Positions 51,422 through 63,745 of a stretch of DNA of 64,000 nt are shown one piece after another; positions within the stretch are counted from its first letter, which is position 1; each line of letters starts with the position of its first letter. The DNA lies in the NCBI GenBank assembly GCA_030390025.1, contig CM059432.1:13764001-13828000 (forward strand), in the 5' to 3' direction. The translations under genes were made by a program, and so were the position numbers. Origin of the DNA: Squalus acanthias. Taxonomy: Eukaryota. The notes beneath the pieces were generated by a model. It made no database searches. It saw only the letters and a list, made by a program, of their open reading frames with translations, and was not told where the DNA came from.

Positions 51422-51599
51422 CAATTAAAAATTACAGGCAGCGCCAACAGCTCAATTATGACAACAAAGTAAATTATGCAGACTAGGCTTAACTTTCTAC
51501 TGAGCTTCTGAGAACCCAAATATTACACCCATAACATAATAACCTGTCTCTCTAGAACCATCCTTTTTCAAATTAATTCCCAGAGTCTTGAGGTAATAT

Positions 51600-51892
51600 A
51601 TCCGTTTTCAGACACGACATTAAATAAAAGTCCTGTCTACCCTCTTAGTTGGACATAAAAGATCCCGTGGAATTGTTTGAAGAATAGCAGGGGTGTTCTC
51701 GCAGTGTCCATGTCAACATTTATCCCTCAACCAACACCACTAAAAGGTTTTATAGGTAATTTATCTCATTGCAGTTTGTGGGATCTTGCTGTGAGCAAAT
51801 TGGATGCCACATTTCCCTGCATTATAACAGTGACTATACTTCAAAAGCACTTCATTGGCAGTGAAGCACTTTGGGATTTCCTGGCATTGTAA
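51600..51892 (+). mobile_element. Deu-domain SINE, decayed and 5'-truncated
   Basis: TAAAAGATCCCGTGG...GAAGAATAGCAGGGGTGTTC...CATTGGCAGTGAAGCACTTTGGGA. Confidence 0.78.
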
Positions 51893-52714
51893 AGACACAC
51901 ACCAGAAATTCTGTTGCACTTCTGCTTAGTTTTGGATTTTAAGTCGTAAGAAAGTCACTTTTGTAGAGAGCAACAAATACAATGGTCAATTTTTGTCACA
52001 CCATCCCTATCTGCAAACCTTATATATTCTGCTTTGCACAAAAATATATCCGGAGTGAAGACAATGCAATACTGAAGTGTGAGCTCCAGTATAAATGCTG
52101 AGATATGCAGTAATTGCCCATCCATAGCAGTCAACAGCAGCTTAAGCAGTTTAAGAACTGCAGTCAGTACAGCAATAACCATTACTGACAAAAGTAATCA
52201 GTCCCCTTAACACTTCCTTTAATAAATCATCTTGCAACTGGCAAGAATATTATTTAGGAACAAAAAGTGCAGAATATTTTTTTTTGTTGTTGCAATAGTT
52301 GATGCTCATTCTGGACTTTCAACTTCCTTTCATTATGTAGCTCAGACATTGCTGCAGATACATCTGAGCTAGTTTAGCTAAAAACATGGTAGAAGTAGGT
52401 CAAGTGGTTGATGAGTTTATGCATTAATCTCATTGCACAAAATTACAAAGAATTAAATATGGTGGTTTTATCATTGATAATAGATGCAATGTTATTATTG
52501 TGTTGCTTAAAATTCTGATTTACTAACAATCCCATAAACACACTTTCAAATCTTTTTCTGAAATCAGATTTTACTGTATTTATTTTCAAACTTGGAAACA
52601 ATTTATCTGAAGCCTTGAGGAAAAAACTATATCCAGGCAAAAAAAGCTTTACCACAGAACTAAATTTGTTCTTCAATTAAATCATTTCAACAGTGGCACA
52701 GAGTAAGAGGTGCT

Positions 52715-53010
52715 CCAGTCGATGAGATGGCAAATGGAAGGCACAAATTTAAGATCATAAAAAGAATTAAAAAGGGTTAGAAAAAATTCTTTGCATAGAA
52801 GGTGTCTATAAAGTGGAATTCTATGTCACAAACTGTTGCAGAAGCAGACCCCATAAATTCTTTAGTAAGGGAATTATACTAGTTGTTTGAAAAATATTAA
52901 AAAGGGTAAGGGGTACAAGCAAGGGAATGGGATTGAACTGAATTTGAAAAAACACTGGCATAGACTTAAGAATGCCAGTTTCTGTGCTGCACCATTCTTT
53001 GATTCTACCG
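52715..53010 (+). mobile_element. CR1 3' end remnant, old
   Basis: GGGCACAAATTTAAGATC...TGGAATTCT...GAAGCAGA...TCTGTGCTG 3' layout. Confidence 0.6.
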
Positions 53011-53783
53011 TGATTACATTTAGTCTGTTGAGAATATTTACCAGTTCAAATTATTAATTTTTGCAACCTTCAGAACCAAAAGAATAAATTTTTCAAAAAC
53101 AAATCTATTTCAGACTATTTCTCACACTGTAGAGAAAGCAGCAGCAGAGCTGCATAATCTCCCAGCACCAACAACTATAGTCAGCAGGAGAGCAGTATGG
53201 ATTATGAAGTTCAGGATTAGTAAGCAAGGATTAGTTTCTTGCTTGAGAAATCAGGATTTCCATACAGCGGGGCATGATGGCATGAAGTAATAATAAAATG
53301 CATAAAAATTTGTGTTAATGGTCTACTATAATAGTTTAATTATACACGAATAGCGTGGATGATATTGCAATGGGAAATTAGATTACATACAAAATATGCT
53401 TGTTCTTATGGCGTCTCAGTGGGAAAATTAAAACAGTTTGCTTGTTAGAAATAGAATTGGTCAGAACTCATTACAAAGATGGAAATAACATTCCAGTGGT
53501 TCAGGTAAAATTAGTTTTGTAAAATCATCCAAACCACAAGATTGTAAAGCTGTAACAGAATCATACACCAGGGTATTAGAACAGCCACCCAAAAAAGTAT
53601 TACTAGGGTTGTGTTATATTACCAACTATTATAACAGAATTTTTTGTTGTTGTTGAACAGCCACAAGCCAGGCATGAACTAAGCAACCATAAAGAAAGTG
53701 ATAAAGGAGGGTGATTGGGGAGGGGGCAGGGGGAAAGAGAGAGGAATAGCCAAGAACTGCAAAGCACAAACAGAAATACTCAC

Positions 53784-53930
53784 CAATAAGGACGGCATGA
53801 AGGGAAATAAAAAGGAGGGTACGTGGATAGGAATGAAAACCACACAAAACAACTGCATTTATTATTGAAAGGATGATAGACTCCTCCAATGGCTCAGCCA
53901 GTTAAGGCAAGGCAGCAGCTGAGCAATTGG
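53784..53930 (-). promoter_or_regulatory. Candidate internal promoter and short first exon (ATG CCG TCC TTA TTG | gtgagt; MPSLL)
   Basis: Consensus donor TTG|GTGAGT at 53784/53783 with no good acceptor upstream; ATG at 53798 (an in-frame ATG also at 53858); CCAAT boxes at 53886-53890 and 53926-53930; TE-free ~1.8-kb block. Confidence 0.4.
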
Positions 53931-55057
53931 CGGTTGCTCTTCCTGTCACCACGGTCTATCCTCCCAAGAATTGGGGGTGGGAGGGGAACTTAGTCTGATT
54001 TTACTTGAATTCTACAGTCTGTAATTAAATCAGAAAAAAATAAGGTTTTGAAAACACATTTCCCAACAACCTACTTTATTTACAGAAGATCACCATATCA
54101 CTGCCACATCAACACAAGCTCCTACCTGGTACAGGTGATCAATTTATTGAGTTTGTCCAAGTAGAAAACAAAACATAGTTTTGATCTGCTTCTCAAAAGT
54201 AACTCCCAAGACAGAGAAGTCAACAACTGAAGCAGGGACGTTGCAAAATATTTTGCAGAATGTTGTAAATACGTGCAAAAACCCCCAAAATGTCCATAGA
54301 TATAATTTAAATATTTCTATCTATTGATACTTTCCATTAAACCCATTAGGTTTAATGTATTGGTGGTACCAATAGGTTACTATAAAATTCAGACAAGCCG
54401 AAAAGCTTTAATGTTGTGCCCATATACTGCTCTTAATTTATTACCTCAAACTGCTCCCAACACTATCGCCATTGCTGACAAAGCTGTAAGGGTCATTATT
54501 TTAATTTAGTTGAATACTGTACAAAATGCTCTCTACAGATATAACCCGAATTTGAAAGGGCCAAATCTACAGAAAGATATTTTTCAAAGCTCAAGTGAAT
54601 ATAGTACAGAAATGCCATTTTCCCACAGCACATTTGCTGAAATCTAATACTGTACTTTGCTATCTAAACTGCAATTCATGAAGCCTAGCAACAATTTCTA
54701 TTTGCACTTATAGTTCTCACTCTGCTGGTTTGTCCACCCTCGATTTTACAGGCTTGGGAAGACCCATTTTCAGTGCTGCTCCCTTATTGGTGGATAAATA
54801 GCAGTATAACTCAGGGTTCAGATCGTGATCAGCCTCCCAACTTCCTGCAGTAAAAGAAAAGAACAAACTTGCATATATATAGCACCTTTCATGACTTCAG
54901 TTCAGCCACTGCATCCCCATGACATTTCAGAAACTTGATATGAGTCTTTTTAATGTTAGAAGAAAACAGATACTTCCACCTGCATTCTCCTAACATTACA
55001 AGCATATTTCAGTGAGGTGGGGTTCTGTAGATGAACACAGACATTAGATTAATTTTA

Positions 55058-55315
55058 CAGGCGCATGGGAACAACAGCACCACCTCCAAGTCACACACCA
55101 TCCTGGCTTGGAAGTATATCACCGTTCCTTCATCGTCACTGGGTCAAAATCCTGGAACTCCCTCCCTAACAGCACTGTGGGAGTACCTTCACCACAGGGA
55201 CTGCAGCGGTTCAAGGTGGTGGCTCACCACCACCTTCTCAAGGGCAACTAGGGATGGGCAATAAATGCTGGCCTTGCCAGCAACGCCCACATCCCATAAA
55301 TGAATAAAAAAAGAG
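55058..55315 (+). mobile_element. 3' terminal fragment of the second CR1-group LINE
   Basis: Matches 48095-48340, ending CCCACATCCCATAAATGAATAAAAAA. Confidence 0.88.
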
Positions 55316-55334
55316 AATTACATATAATGTACAA

Positions 55335-55695
55335 CACAGAAACAGGCAAATGTTACACCCCTGTTCAAAAAAGGAGGGATAAACCCAGGCAACCAAAGGC
55401 TAGTCAACCCAGTGTCAGTGGTGAGGAAACTTCGAGAGACAATAAAGCAGGACAAAATTAATTGGTATTTGGAAAAATATGGGTGAATAATTGAAAGCCA
55501 GCAAAGATTTGTTAAAGGCAAATTGTGTTTGACAAACTTGATTCAGTTCTTTGATGAAGTAATGGAAAGGGTTGATGAGGGTAGTGCGGTTGATGTTGTG
55601 TATATGGACTTTCAAAAGGCTTTTGATAAAGTACCACATAATAGACTTGTTAGCAAATTGAAGCCCATTGGATTAAAGGGGTAGTGGCTGCATTT
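55335..55695 (+). mobile_element. CR1 RT fragment (outer layer of a nest; a matching-type 3' end resumes at ~58848-58960)
   Basis: [41 protein letters not shown]. Confidence 0.85.
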
Positions 55696-58600
55696 TTAAA
55701 AATTTATTCATTCACGGGAAGTGGGCATTGCTGGCAACGCCAGCATTTATTGCCAATCCCCACCTCCCCTTGAGAAAGTGGAGGTGATCCACCTTCTTCA
55801 ACCGTTGCAGTCCGATGGTGAAGGTACTGAATGGTGCTGTTAGGGAGGGAGTTCAAGGATTGTGACCCAGTGGCGATGAAGGCGATATATTTCCAAGTCA
55901 GGATGGTGTGAGACTTGGAGGGGAACTTGGAGGTGGTGGCATTCCCATGTACCTGCTGGTCTAGTCCTTCTAGGTAGTAGAGGTCACTGGTTTGGGGGAC
56001 TTTAGTCTTCATATAGACTGGACAAATCAAATTGGCAAAGGTAGTCTGGGGGATGAGTTCATGGAATGCATTCGGGACAGTTTCCTAGAACAATATATCA
56101 AGGAACCAAACAGGGAACAGGCGATTTTAGATCTTGTATTGTGTAATGAGACAGGGTTAATTAGCAATCTCATAGTAAAGGATCCTCTGGGGCAGAGTGA
56201 TCATACTATGATAGAATTTTACATTAATTTTGAGAGTGACTTGCCGAAGTCTGAAACTAGAGCCTTAAACTTAAATAAAGCCAATTACATAGGTATGAGG
56301 GGTGAGTTGGCGAAGGTAGATTGGAAAAATAGATTAAAAGGTAAGGAGGTAGATAAGCAGTGGCTAGCATTTAAAGAAATATTTCATAATTCTTACCAAA
56401 AATACATTCCATTGAGAAACGAAACCTCCACGAGAAAAGTGATCTAACCGTGGCTAACTAAAGAAGTTAAGGATAGCATTAGATTGAAAGAAGAAGCTTA
56501 TAATGCAGCAAAGAATAATAGTAAGCCTGAGGATTGGGAGAGTTTCAGAAACCAGCAAAGGTTGACCAAAAAATTGATAAAAAAGGGAAAAAATAGAATG
56601 AATATAAAAACAGATAAGAGTTTCTACAAGTACGTAAAAAAGAAAAGAGTAGCAAAAGTAAACGTTGATCTCTTCGAGGCTGAGACAAGAGTAATTATTA
56701 TGGGGAATAAGGAAATGGCAGAAACGTTAAACAAATATTTTGTATCTGTCTTCACAGAAGACACAAAAAGCATACCAAAAATGGTGGGGAACCAAGGGTC
56801 TAATGAGGGTGAGGAACTTAATGTAATTAATATAAGTAGAGAAAAAGTACTAGAGAAAGTAATGGGACTAAAAGCCAACAAATCCCCTGGACCTAACGGC
56901 CTACATCCTAGGGCTCTAAAAGAGGTGGCTGAAGAGATAGTAGATGCATTGGTTTTGATCTTCCAAAATTCCCTAGATTCTAGAATGGTCCCAGCGGATT
57001 GGAAACTCGCAAATGTAACACCGCTATTCAAGAAAGGAGGGAGGGAGAGAAAAACCAGGGAACTATAGGCCAGTTAGTCTGACATCAGTTGTTGGGAAAA
57101 TGCTGGAATCCATTGTTAAGGAAGTGGTATCAAGTTCCTTAGAAAATCATAACATGATTCGGCAGAGTCAACATGGTTTTATGAAAGGGAAATCGTGTTT
57201 GACAAATTTATTAGAGTTTTTTGAGGATGTAACTAGCAGGGTAGATAAAGGGGAACCAGTGGATGTAGTATATTTGGGTTTCCAAAAGGCATTCGATAAG
57301 GTGCCACATAAAAGGTTATTACACAAGATAAGGGCTCATGGGGTTGGGAGTAATATAGTAGCATGGATAGCGGATTGGTTAACGGACAGAAAACAGAAAG
57401 TAGGGATAAACGGATCTTTTTCAGGTTGGCAGGCTGTAACTAGTGGGGTGCCGCAAGGATCAGTGTTGGGGCCTCAGCTATTTACAGTCTATATTAATGA
57501 CCTAGATGAAGGAACCGAGTGTAATGTATCCAAGTTTGCTGATGATTCAAAGCTAGGTGGGACAGTAAGCTGTGAGGAGAACACAAAGAGTCTGCAAAGG
57601 GATATAGATAGACTAAGTGAGTAGGCAGTAAAGTGGCAGATGGAGTATAATGTAGGGAAATGTGAGGTTATTCACTTTGGTAGAAAGAATAGAAAAAACA
57701 GAATATTTTTTAAATGGTGAGTAACTTTCAAATGTTGGTGTTCGGAGAGATTTGGGTGTCCTCGTGCATGAAACACAGAAAGCTAGCATGCAGGTACAGC
57801 AAGCAATAAGGAAGGCAAATGGCATGTTGGCCTTTATTGCAAGGGGTTTGGAGTATAAGAGTAAGGAAGTCTTGCTACAATTGTACAGGGCCTTGGTGAG
57901 ACCACACCTGGAGTACTGTGCACAGTTTTGGTCTCCTTATCTAAGGAAGGATATACTTGCCTTGGAGGCGGTGCAACGAAGGTTCACTAGATTGATTTCT
58001 GGGATGAGAGGGCTGTCCTATGATGAGAGATTGTGTAGAATGGGCCTATACTCTCTGGAGTTTAGAAGAATGAAAGGTGATCTCATTGAAACATACAAGA
58101 TTCTGAAGGGGATTGACAGGGTAGATGCGGAGAGGTTGTTTCCCTTTGCTGGAGTGTCAAGAACTAGGGGGCATAGTCTCAGGATAAGGGGTAGGCCATT
58201 TAAGACTGAGATGAGGAGGAATTTCTTCACTCAGGGTTGTGAATCTTTGGAATTCTCTGCCCCAGAGGGTTGTGAATGCTGAGTCTGAGTATATTCAAGG
58301 CTGAGATAGATAGATTGATTTTTGGAATCAAGGGATATGGAGTTTGGACGGGAAAGTGGAGTTGAGGTCGATCATCAGCCACGATCTTACTGAATGGCGG
58401 AGCAGGCTCGAGGGGCCGTATGGCCTACTCCTACTCTTATTTCTTATGTAAGCCTTGATGAGTTTCTGCAGTGCATCTTGTAAAAGGTACAAACTGCAGC
58501 CATGTTGCGCCACTGGTGGAGGAGGTGAACGTTTAGTGGTGGATGGGGTGTCAATTAAGCAGACTGCTTTGTTCTGGATGGTGTCGAGCTTCTTGAGTGT

Positions 58601-58848
58601 TGTTGGAGCTGCACTCATCCAGGCAAGTGGAGAGTATTCGATCACACTCCTGACTTGTGCCTTTGTAGGTGGCGGAAAGGCTTTGGGGAAGTCAGGAGGT
58701 GAGTCACTCGCCACAGAATACCCAGCCTCTGACCCGCTCTTGTTGCCACAGTATTTATGTGGCTGGTCCAGTTAAGTTTCTGGGCAATGGTGACCCCCAG
58801 AATGTTGGTGGTGGGGGATTCGGTGATGGTAATGCCATTGAATGTCAA
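55696..58848 (-). mobile_element. Second CR1-group LINE 3' fragment (55696-55995 and 58452-58848) split by a CR1
   Basis: The two halves are collinear with 47640-48340 in antisense, with only ~15 bp missing at the junction; KAQVRSVIEYSPLAWMSA. Confidence 0.85.
55996..58450 (+). mobile_element. CR1 LINE ORF2 (endonuclease end + RT + 3' UTR), 5'-truncated
   Basis: [78 protein letters not shown]; several stops and frameshifts. Confidence 0.95.
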
Positions 58849-58999
58849 GGGGGAAATTTTGCAGGGTATGGGGAAAGAGCAGGGGAGTGGGACTAATTGG
58901 ATAGCTCTTTCAAAGAGCCAGCACAGGCACAATGGACCGAATGGCCTCCTTCTATCCATGCAGATGTTTTTGAAACTGAAACAAACAAACATTTACCAC

Positions 59000-59812
59000 T
59001 TGCAGGATAAATAATAAAAAATCCAGGACAAATATAGAGAATAGTGAAAAGCTACAAAATGAGAAGACAAGAAAAGCTAAGAGGGAATATAAGAGAAAAT
59101 GAGCATAAAATGAAAACCACAATATGAAGGCGTCTGGAGGCATATTAGTAAGATGACAATCAGGTTAGGGTAGGACCTCTAAGAAATGAAAGATAAGTTT
59201 GTAGTGAACAGGGAGGGAATGGCAGAGATATTAATTGAGTAGTTAACTTCAGTTTACATAGGAGGAGGTGGTTATTGGGATTATAGAATCACCAGAATGG
59301 GAGTACAGCAGTTTCTGAAGGTCATCAGTCGAAGAGTAATGGCACTAAAGTTACTCAAACTTAAGGTAGACTAATCAGTGGGCAAATCAGTTTGCAGGTG
59401 AGGACCTGATGGGGAAGTAGGGAAGATATAGTAGAGGCTCTGAATATAATATTCCAAAATTTTGTGGGAAGAAAAATTAAGGCAGAGCACTGGAGAGTGG
59501 CAAGTATGAACACACTATTCATGCAAGATGGGGAAAAGCCAGGAAACTATATTCCAGTTAGTCTTGTATCAATTTGTGGCAAACTAGAGTCCACATTATG
59601 AGGTGAAATTACTAAGCACTTGAAATAAAATCAGTTTATCTAGGCCATTCAGGATGGATTTCCAAAAGGCTGCTTGTGTTTGACCAACTTTATTAAAGTC
59701 CTTGAAGAAGTGAGAGGATAAAGGAAATGTCAAGACATGTGGCTTATATAAATTTTCAAGAAACACCAGCACAAACTTAATGGGCCAAATGGCCTTTTTC
59801 CATGCTGTAACA
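59000..59812 (+). mobile_element. CR1 ORF2 remnant, very old
   Basis: Remnants of PGNYIPVSL and GFPKGCLCLTNFI; CR1-type 3' end at ~59765-59812. Confidence 0.65.
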
Positions 59813-60352
59813 TTCAGATGACATCAAAAGAGTGAGTGAATTCTGAGTGCTGTATCTCAAACTGTCAATATGCAGTTACATGCAAGTTAATGGAAACATT
59901 CGCTTAAACTTTAAATGTAGCCTAAAAGCCTCATGGTTGCAGTTACATGACCACGCAGACTTGTTTGGACCATTGTCCTTGTGAAAAAAGGCTAAAGTGT
60001 AGCCACACAAATAACCCATATGTTCACCATGGTGGCTTACTGAAATCCCAGCGACAACGATGCTTTCTGAAGATCAGACTGAATATCACATCTAAAACAG
60101 AATATCCTTATGTATACACATGTAGAATTTTCAGGGGCATTCAAATTGTATCCACAAAAAAAGGCAGAGGAATTGATAGGACAAGAATATAAAATAATGG
60201 AATATCCTAAACCTACTCATATAAATTTACATTTTTGCTTTAGAGATCCAAAAATCTGAAACCAACATTGAATAATAATGAGTTGCGAGCACAAGATTTA
60301 CGTAACACATGACGTGCAGAATATTCTTCTGAAATATGTACTAAGGTCTTTA

Positions 60353-60738
60353 ACAATAATTTGCAATTATACAGTGCCTTTAACATAATAAAACTCCCAA
60401 GACATTTCACAGGAGCGCAATCAGACAAAAACTAACACCAAGCCCAAGGAAGAGATATTAGAACAGGTGACTAAAAGCTTGGTAAAAGAGGTAGTTTTAT
60501 GACAGTCTTAAATGAGGAGAAAGAGGTGGAGACACAGGGAAGGGAATTCCAGAGCTTAGGGCCGAGACAGCTGAAGGCACAGTCGCCAATGGTGCGACAA
60601 AGGAAGTGGAGGATGCTCAACGGGCCAGAGTTCCCAGAATGCAGAGTTCTTGGAGGGTTGTAGGGCTGGAGGAGGTTCCAGAGATAGGGAGGAGCGAGGG
60701 CATTGAATAAGAGGATGAAAATTTTAAAATTGAGGCAC
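60353..60738 (-). mobile_element. L2 3' tail fragment
   Basis: Collinear with 37513-37920 and 4648-5040. Confidence 0.85.
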
Positions 60739-61878
60739 TTTTATGGAGTGGCAGAACATGGGTCTGAATCCATGAGTCCTCTCATGGCCACAGCTGAGCA
60801 GATTGAGGAGGGTGTCAGCTTTTTAAAATGATTTCTTGGTTTTTTGGGGGTGATGGGCAAAATAAAATCACTTTATCAAGCTCCCTTTCACTGAATTTCA
60901 CAATGAACAAGCATGAATCCTACTTTATTCAAATCATCTTATTTCAGCCAGCACTACTGACAGGATGAAACAGACCGATTCCACCTAAATCTACATAGGA
61001 TACATCACATTTTACAGGCTGACATTTCTTCACTGCACAGTAAAATATGTTTCCAAGAGCCATTTTTAAGTTTTTTTCTGAGGTAGTCATTTGAGGAATA
61101 ATAGTACATGTGGGAGATTAAAGAAACCAGGTAAATGTGCAGCAAAAAACAAACACTCGGTGCACTAAAGATATTTACTTAACAAATGGGATGTTTTCAT
61201 GTTCTACAGATAACGTAGGAAAATGTTTCTTTTGCAGAAAGCACACAGTAAAATCATCTCAGTTTTCCATGGTAAGAAGTGTTTACAGGACTCAAAAGAC
61301 AATATATAAGAAATAATACTTTATATCTACTGCCTATATATGCACTGCTGGAGAAAAACTGCAAATAAAGGAAACTACAGATAAGCATTTCCCATGACAA
61401 TACATGTACAAACAAGTTGGTGCAGAAATACCAAAGTACACAAACCCCAAGTGCCTTAGGTAAAAATGTGTTTACATTTTGTCAATTTCCACCATTTACA
61501 ATAGGTATGGAAAGCTTTACAACTGGAATTTAATGCTACAATACTGTGAAAGCAACATCCTCATGCCAAAGCTGTAATTCAAACCAGTTTTTGTAATTGC
61601 TATCTGACCTGGAGTAACAAATTGAAAATAAATGCTCCTAAGCTTCTACCAATGCCACTCATATCAGGTTTATATTGCAGAATTTGTAACACTGGCCAAA
61701 GTAATGAAATGAGTTGTTCAAAAACTGCTTGTTCAAAAGTCACAACTGCACTTAAAAGTCCAACCATGTACCTTCCCCAGTATCAGGGGCTGGCCCATGC
61801 AGTTTGATGATGCAAAACAACAATGCTAGTCTGTACAGGTAGAACAAGTTTTCAGCCATTCAGGGTCAGAAAACACCT

Positions 61879-62044
61879 TACAATAGCAAAATACTGCAGA
61901 TGCTGGAAATCTGAAACAACAGAAAATGCTGGTTTCCAACTTTACCAGTTCTGACAAAGGGTCACAGACCTGAAACGTTAACTCTGTTTCTCACTCCACG
62001 GATGCCGCTTGGCCTGCTGAGTGTTTCCAGCATTTTCTGTTATT
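61879..62044. mobile_element. PLE insertion: tail + short inverted arm + hammerhead-bearing pLTR, 13-bp TSD
   Basis: TSD TCAGAAAACACCT at 61866-61878 and 62045-62057; 23-bp IR TCTGAAACAACAGAAAATGCTGG / CCAGCATTTTCTGTTATTTCAGA; decayed core CTGACAAAGGGTCACAGACCTGAAACGTTAAC. Confidence 0.85.
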
Positions 62045-62259
62045 TCAGAAAACACCTCATTTATATTTGACTATTAACAGTGGAGTCGAGGGTACTTCTG
62101 GTGGTAATGCTGCATTTATTAAGATGGTCACTATTTTAAGAATATAGATATGCTTTAACATTATTATAATACAGAACAAAGGCAGAACAGCTAATATAAC
62201 CAAATTGGTTTAAACTGTTTGCTCGCAAATCCTATCTTTTCCCCTCAATGATGCTGATA

Positions 62260-62705
62260 ACAGAGTTACAAAGAGTCTACAGCACAGAAACAGGCCATTC
62301 GGCCCAAATGACATATGCTGGCGTTTATGCTCCACATGAGCCTCCTCCCACCCTTCCTCATCTAACCTTATCAGCATACCCTTCTATTCCTTTCTCTGTC
62401 ATGTGTTTATCTAGCTTCCCCTTAAATGCATCTATGCTATTCGCCTTAACTACTCCTTGTGGTAGTGCGTTCCACATTCTTACCACTCTTTGGGCAAAGA
62501 AGTTCCTCCTGAATTCCATATTGGATTTATTCGTGACTATCTTATATTTATGACCTCTAATTTTGGACTCCCCACAAGTGGAAATATTTCCTCCACATCT
62601 ACCCTATCAAACCCTTTTATAAGCTTAAAGATCTCCATCAGGTCACCCCTCAGTCTTCACTTATCTCAAGAAAAAAGCCCCAGGCTGTTCAGCTTTTCTT
62701 GATAT
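62260..62705 (-). mobile_element. CR1 3' end fragment
   Basis: Antisense of RLRGDLMEIFKLIKGFDRVDVEEIFPLVG...RRNFFAQRVVRMWNALP. Confidence 0.88.
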
Positions 62706-63251
62706 GTATATCTTCATGAAGAGGATGAATTTTAAGGCCGAAGACATTGTACTGTAATGATAGGCACATATAGATTATTAACTGAATAAGCTAGTTGGAC
62801 AATATTGAGCTAAATGGGTTGTTACGTTAAAACACATAGGTTTTTGATCACAGTGGGGGGGGGGGGGGGGCGGAAGTGCAAGAGAAAGAGATTACTGCAA
62901 TATAAAAAGGCCATAGGTTCTTGTTGCTATAGAGCACAACATCGAAGGTTTTCATAAAAGACTATAACTCGGGAAAAGCAATGATAGGAAGTAACGGCAT
63001 GGTGTGACAAAACGCGAGGCCCCACATTAGTCTAGCAATCTGTTCAAAGCTCCAAGGGTCATAAAACACCTAGTAGTATTAAATCCAGCAGGAACTAGAC
63101 CACAAAAGAAAATGGTATAAAAAGAGACACGTTTCACTCAGTAGAAGCTTTTGCCTACCTTCAAGACCAGGTAACGTCTTGATAAGATAAGCCATGCTCA
63201 CGATTTCCCCTAGAAGTTCCCTGCACAGATGGTTTTAAATGTAGGGCTAAA

Positions 63252-63347
63252 TAAAAGAAAGACTTGCATTTATATAACACCCTTCACGACCACCGGATGT
63301 CCCAAAGCGCTTTACAGCCAATGAAGTACTTTTTGAAGTTTAGGAAA
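63252..63347 (-). mobile_element. Deu-domain SINE 3' tail fragment
   Basis: GAAAGACTTGCATTTATATAAC...GCTTTACAGCCAATGAAGTACTTTT. Confidence 0.8.
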
Positions 63348-63589
63348 TCTGTACTATTCTGAATGTTTTGAAACAATAATAAATGAAGTTAATTCTCAGA
63401 CATAGTACTGTCTTTAGCTTTTCAAATCTGCTAAAAAGATAAGGAAGGAATTATAACTAGGAGTGATTAACTCTCCATATGAATGACAAGTGGCAACCAG
63501 GTCACTGCAGGTACAGTAATATACACTGTACTGGCCAGACAAATCATGAGAATGGTGCTAAGATGACGAAGTTAATAACACTAAAAGAA

Positions 63590-63745
63590 AAAAAGCATAG
63601 TTAAGTCAGAATCTGAAAGAGAACGTTCAACATTTCGGGTACGCCCCCTTCATTTTGTCAAAACATTAACCTGTCTTTCTCTTTCAGATTCTGACCTGTG
63701 TACTGTCAGCATTTTTTATTATTTCAAATTTCCAACATTTCTTTT
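63590..63745. mobile_element. Old inverted PLE pLTR remnant
   Basis: Perfect 18-bp IR GTCAGAATCTGAAAGAGA (63605-63622) / TCTCTTTCAGATTCTGAC (63678-63695) flanking CAACATTTCGGGT...CCCTTCA, an antisense hammerhead-like remnant. Confidence 0.6.

Noticed and set aside
60041-63220. Possible small minus-strand exons at ~60041-60091 and ~63159-63220
   Set aside because: Splice signals are moderate, the joined peptide is unrecognisable, and such intervals are expected by chance in 64 kb.
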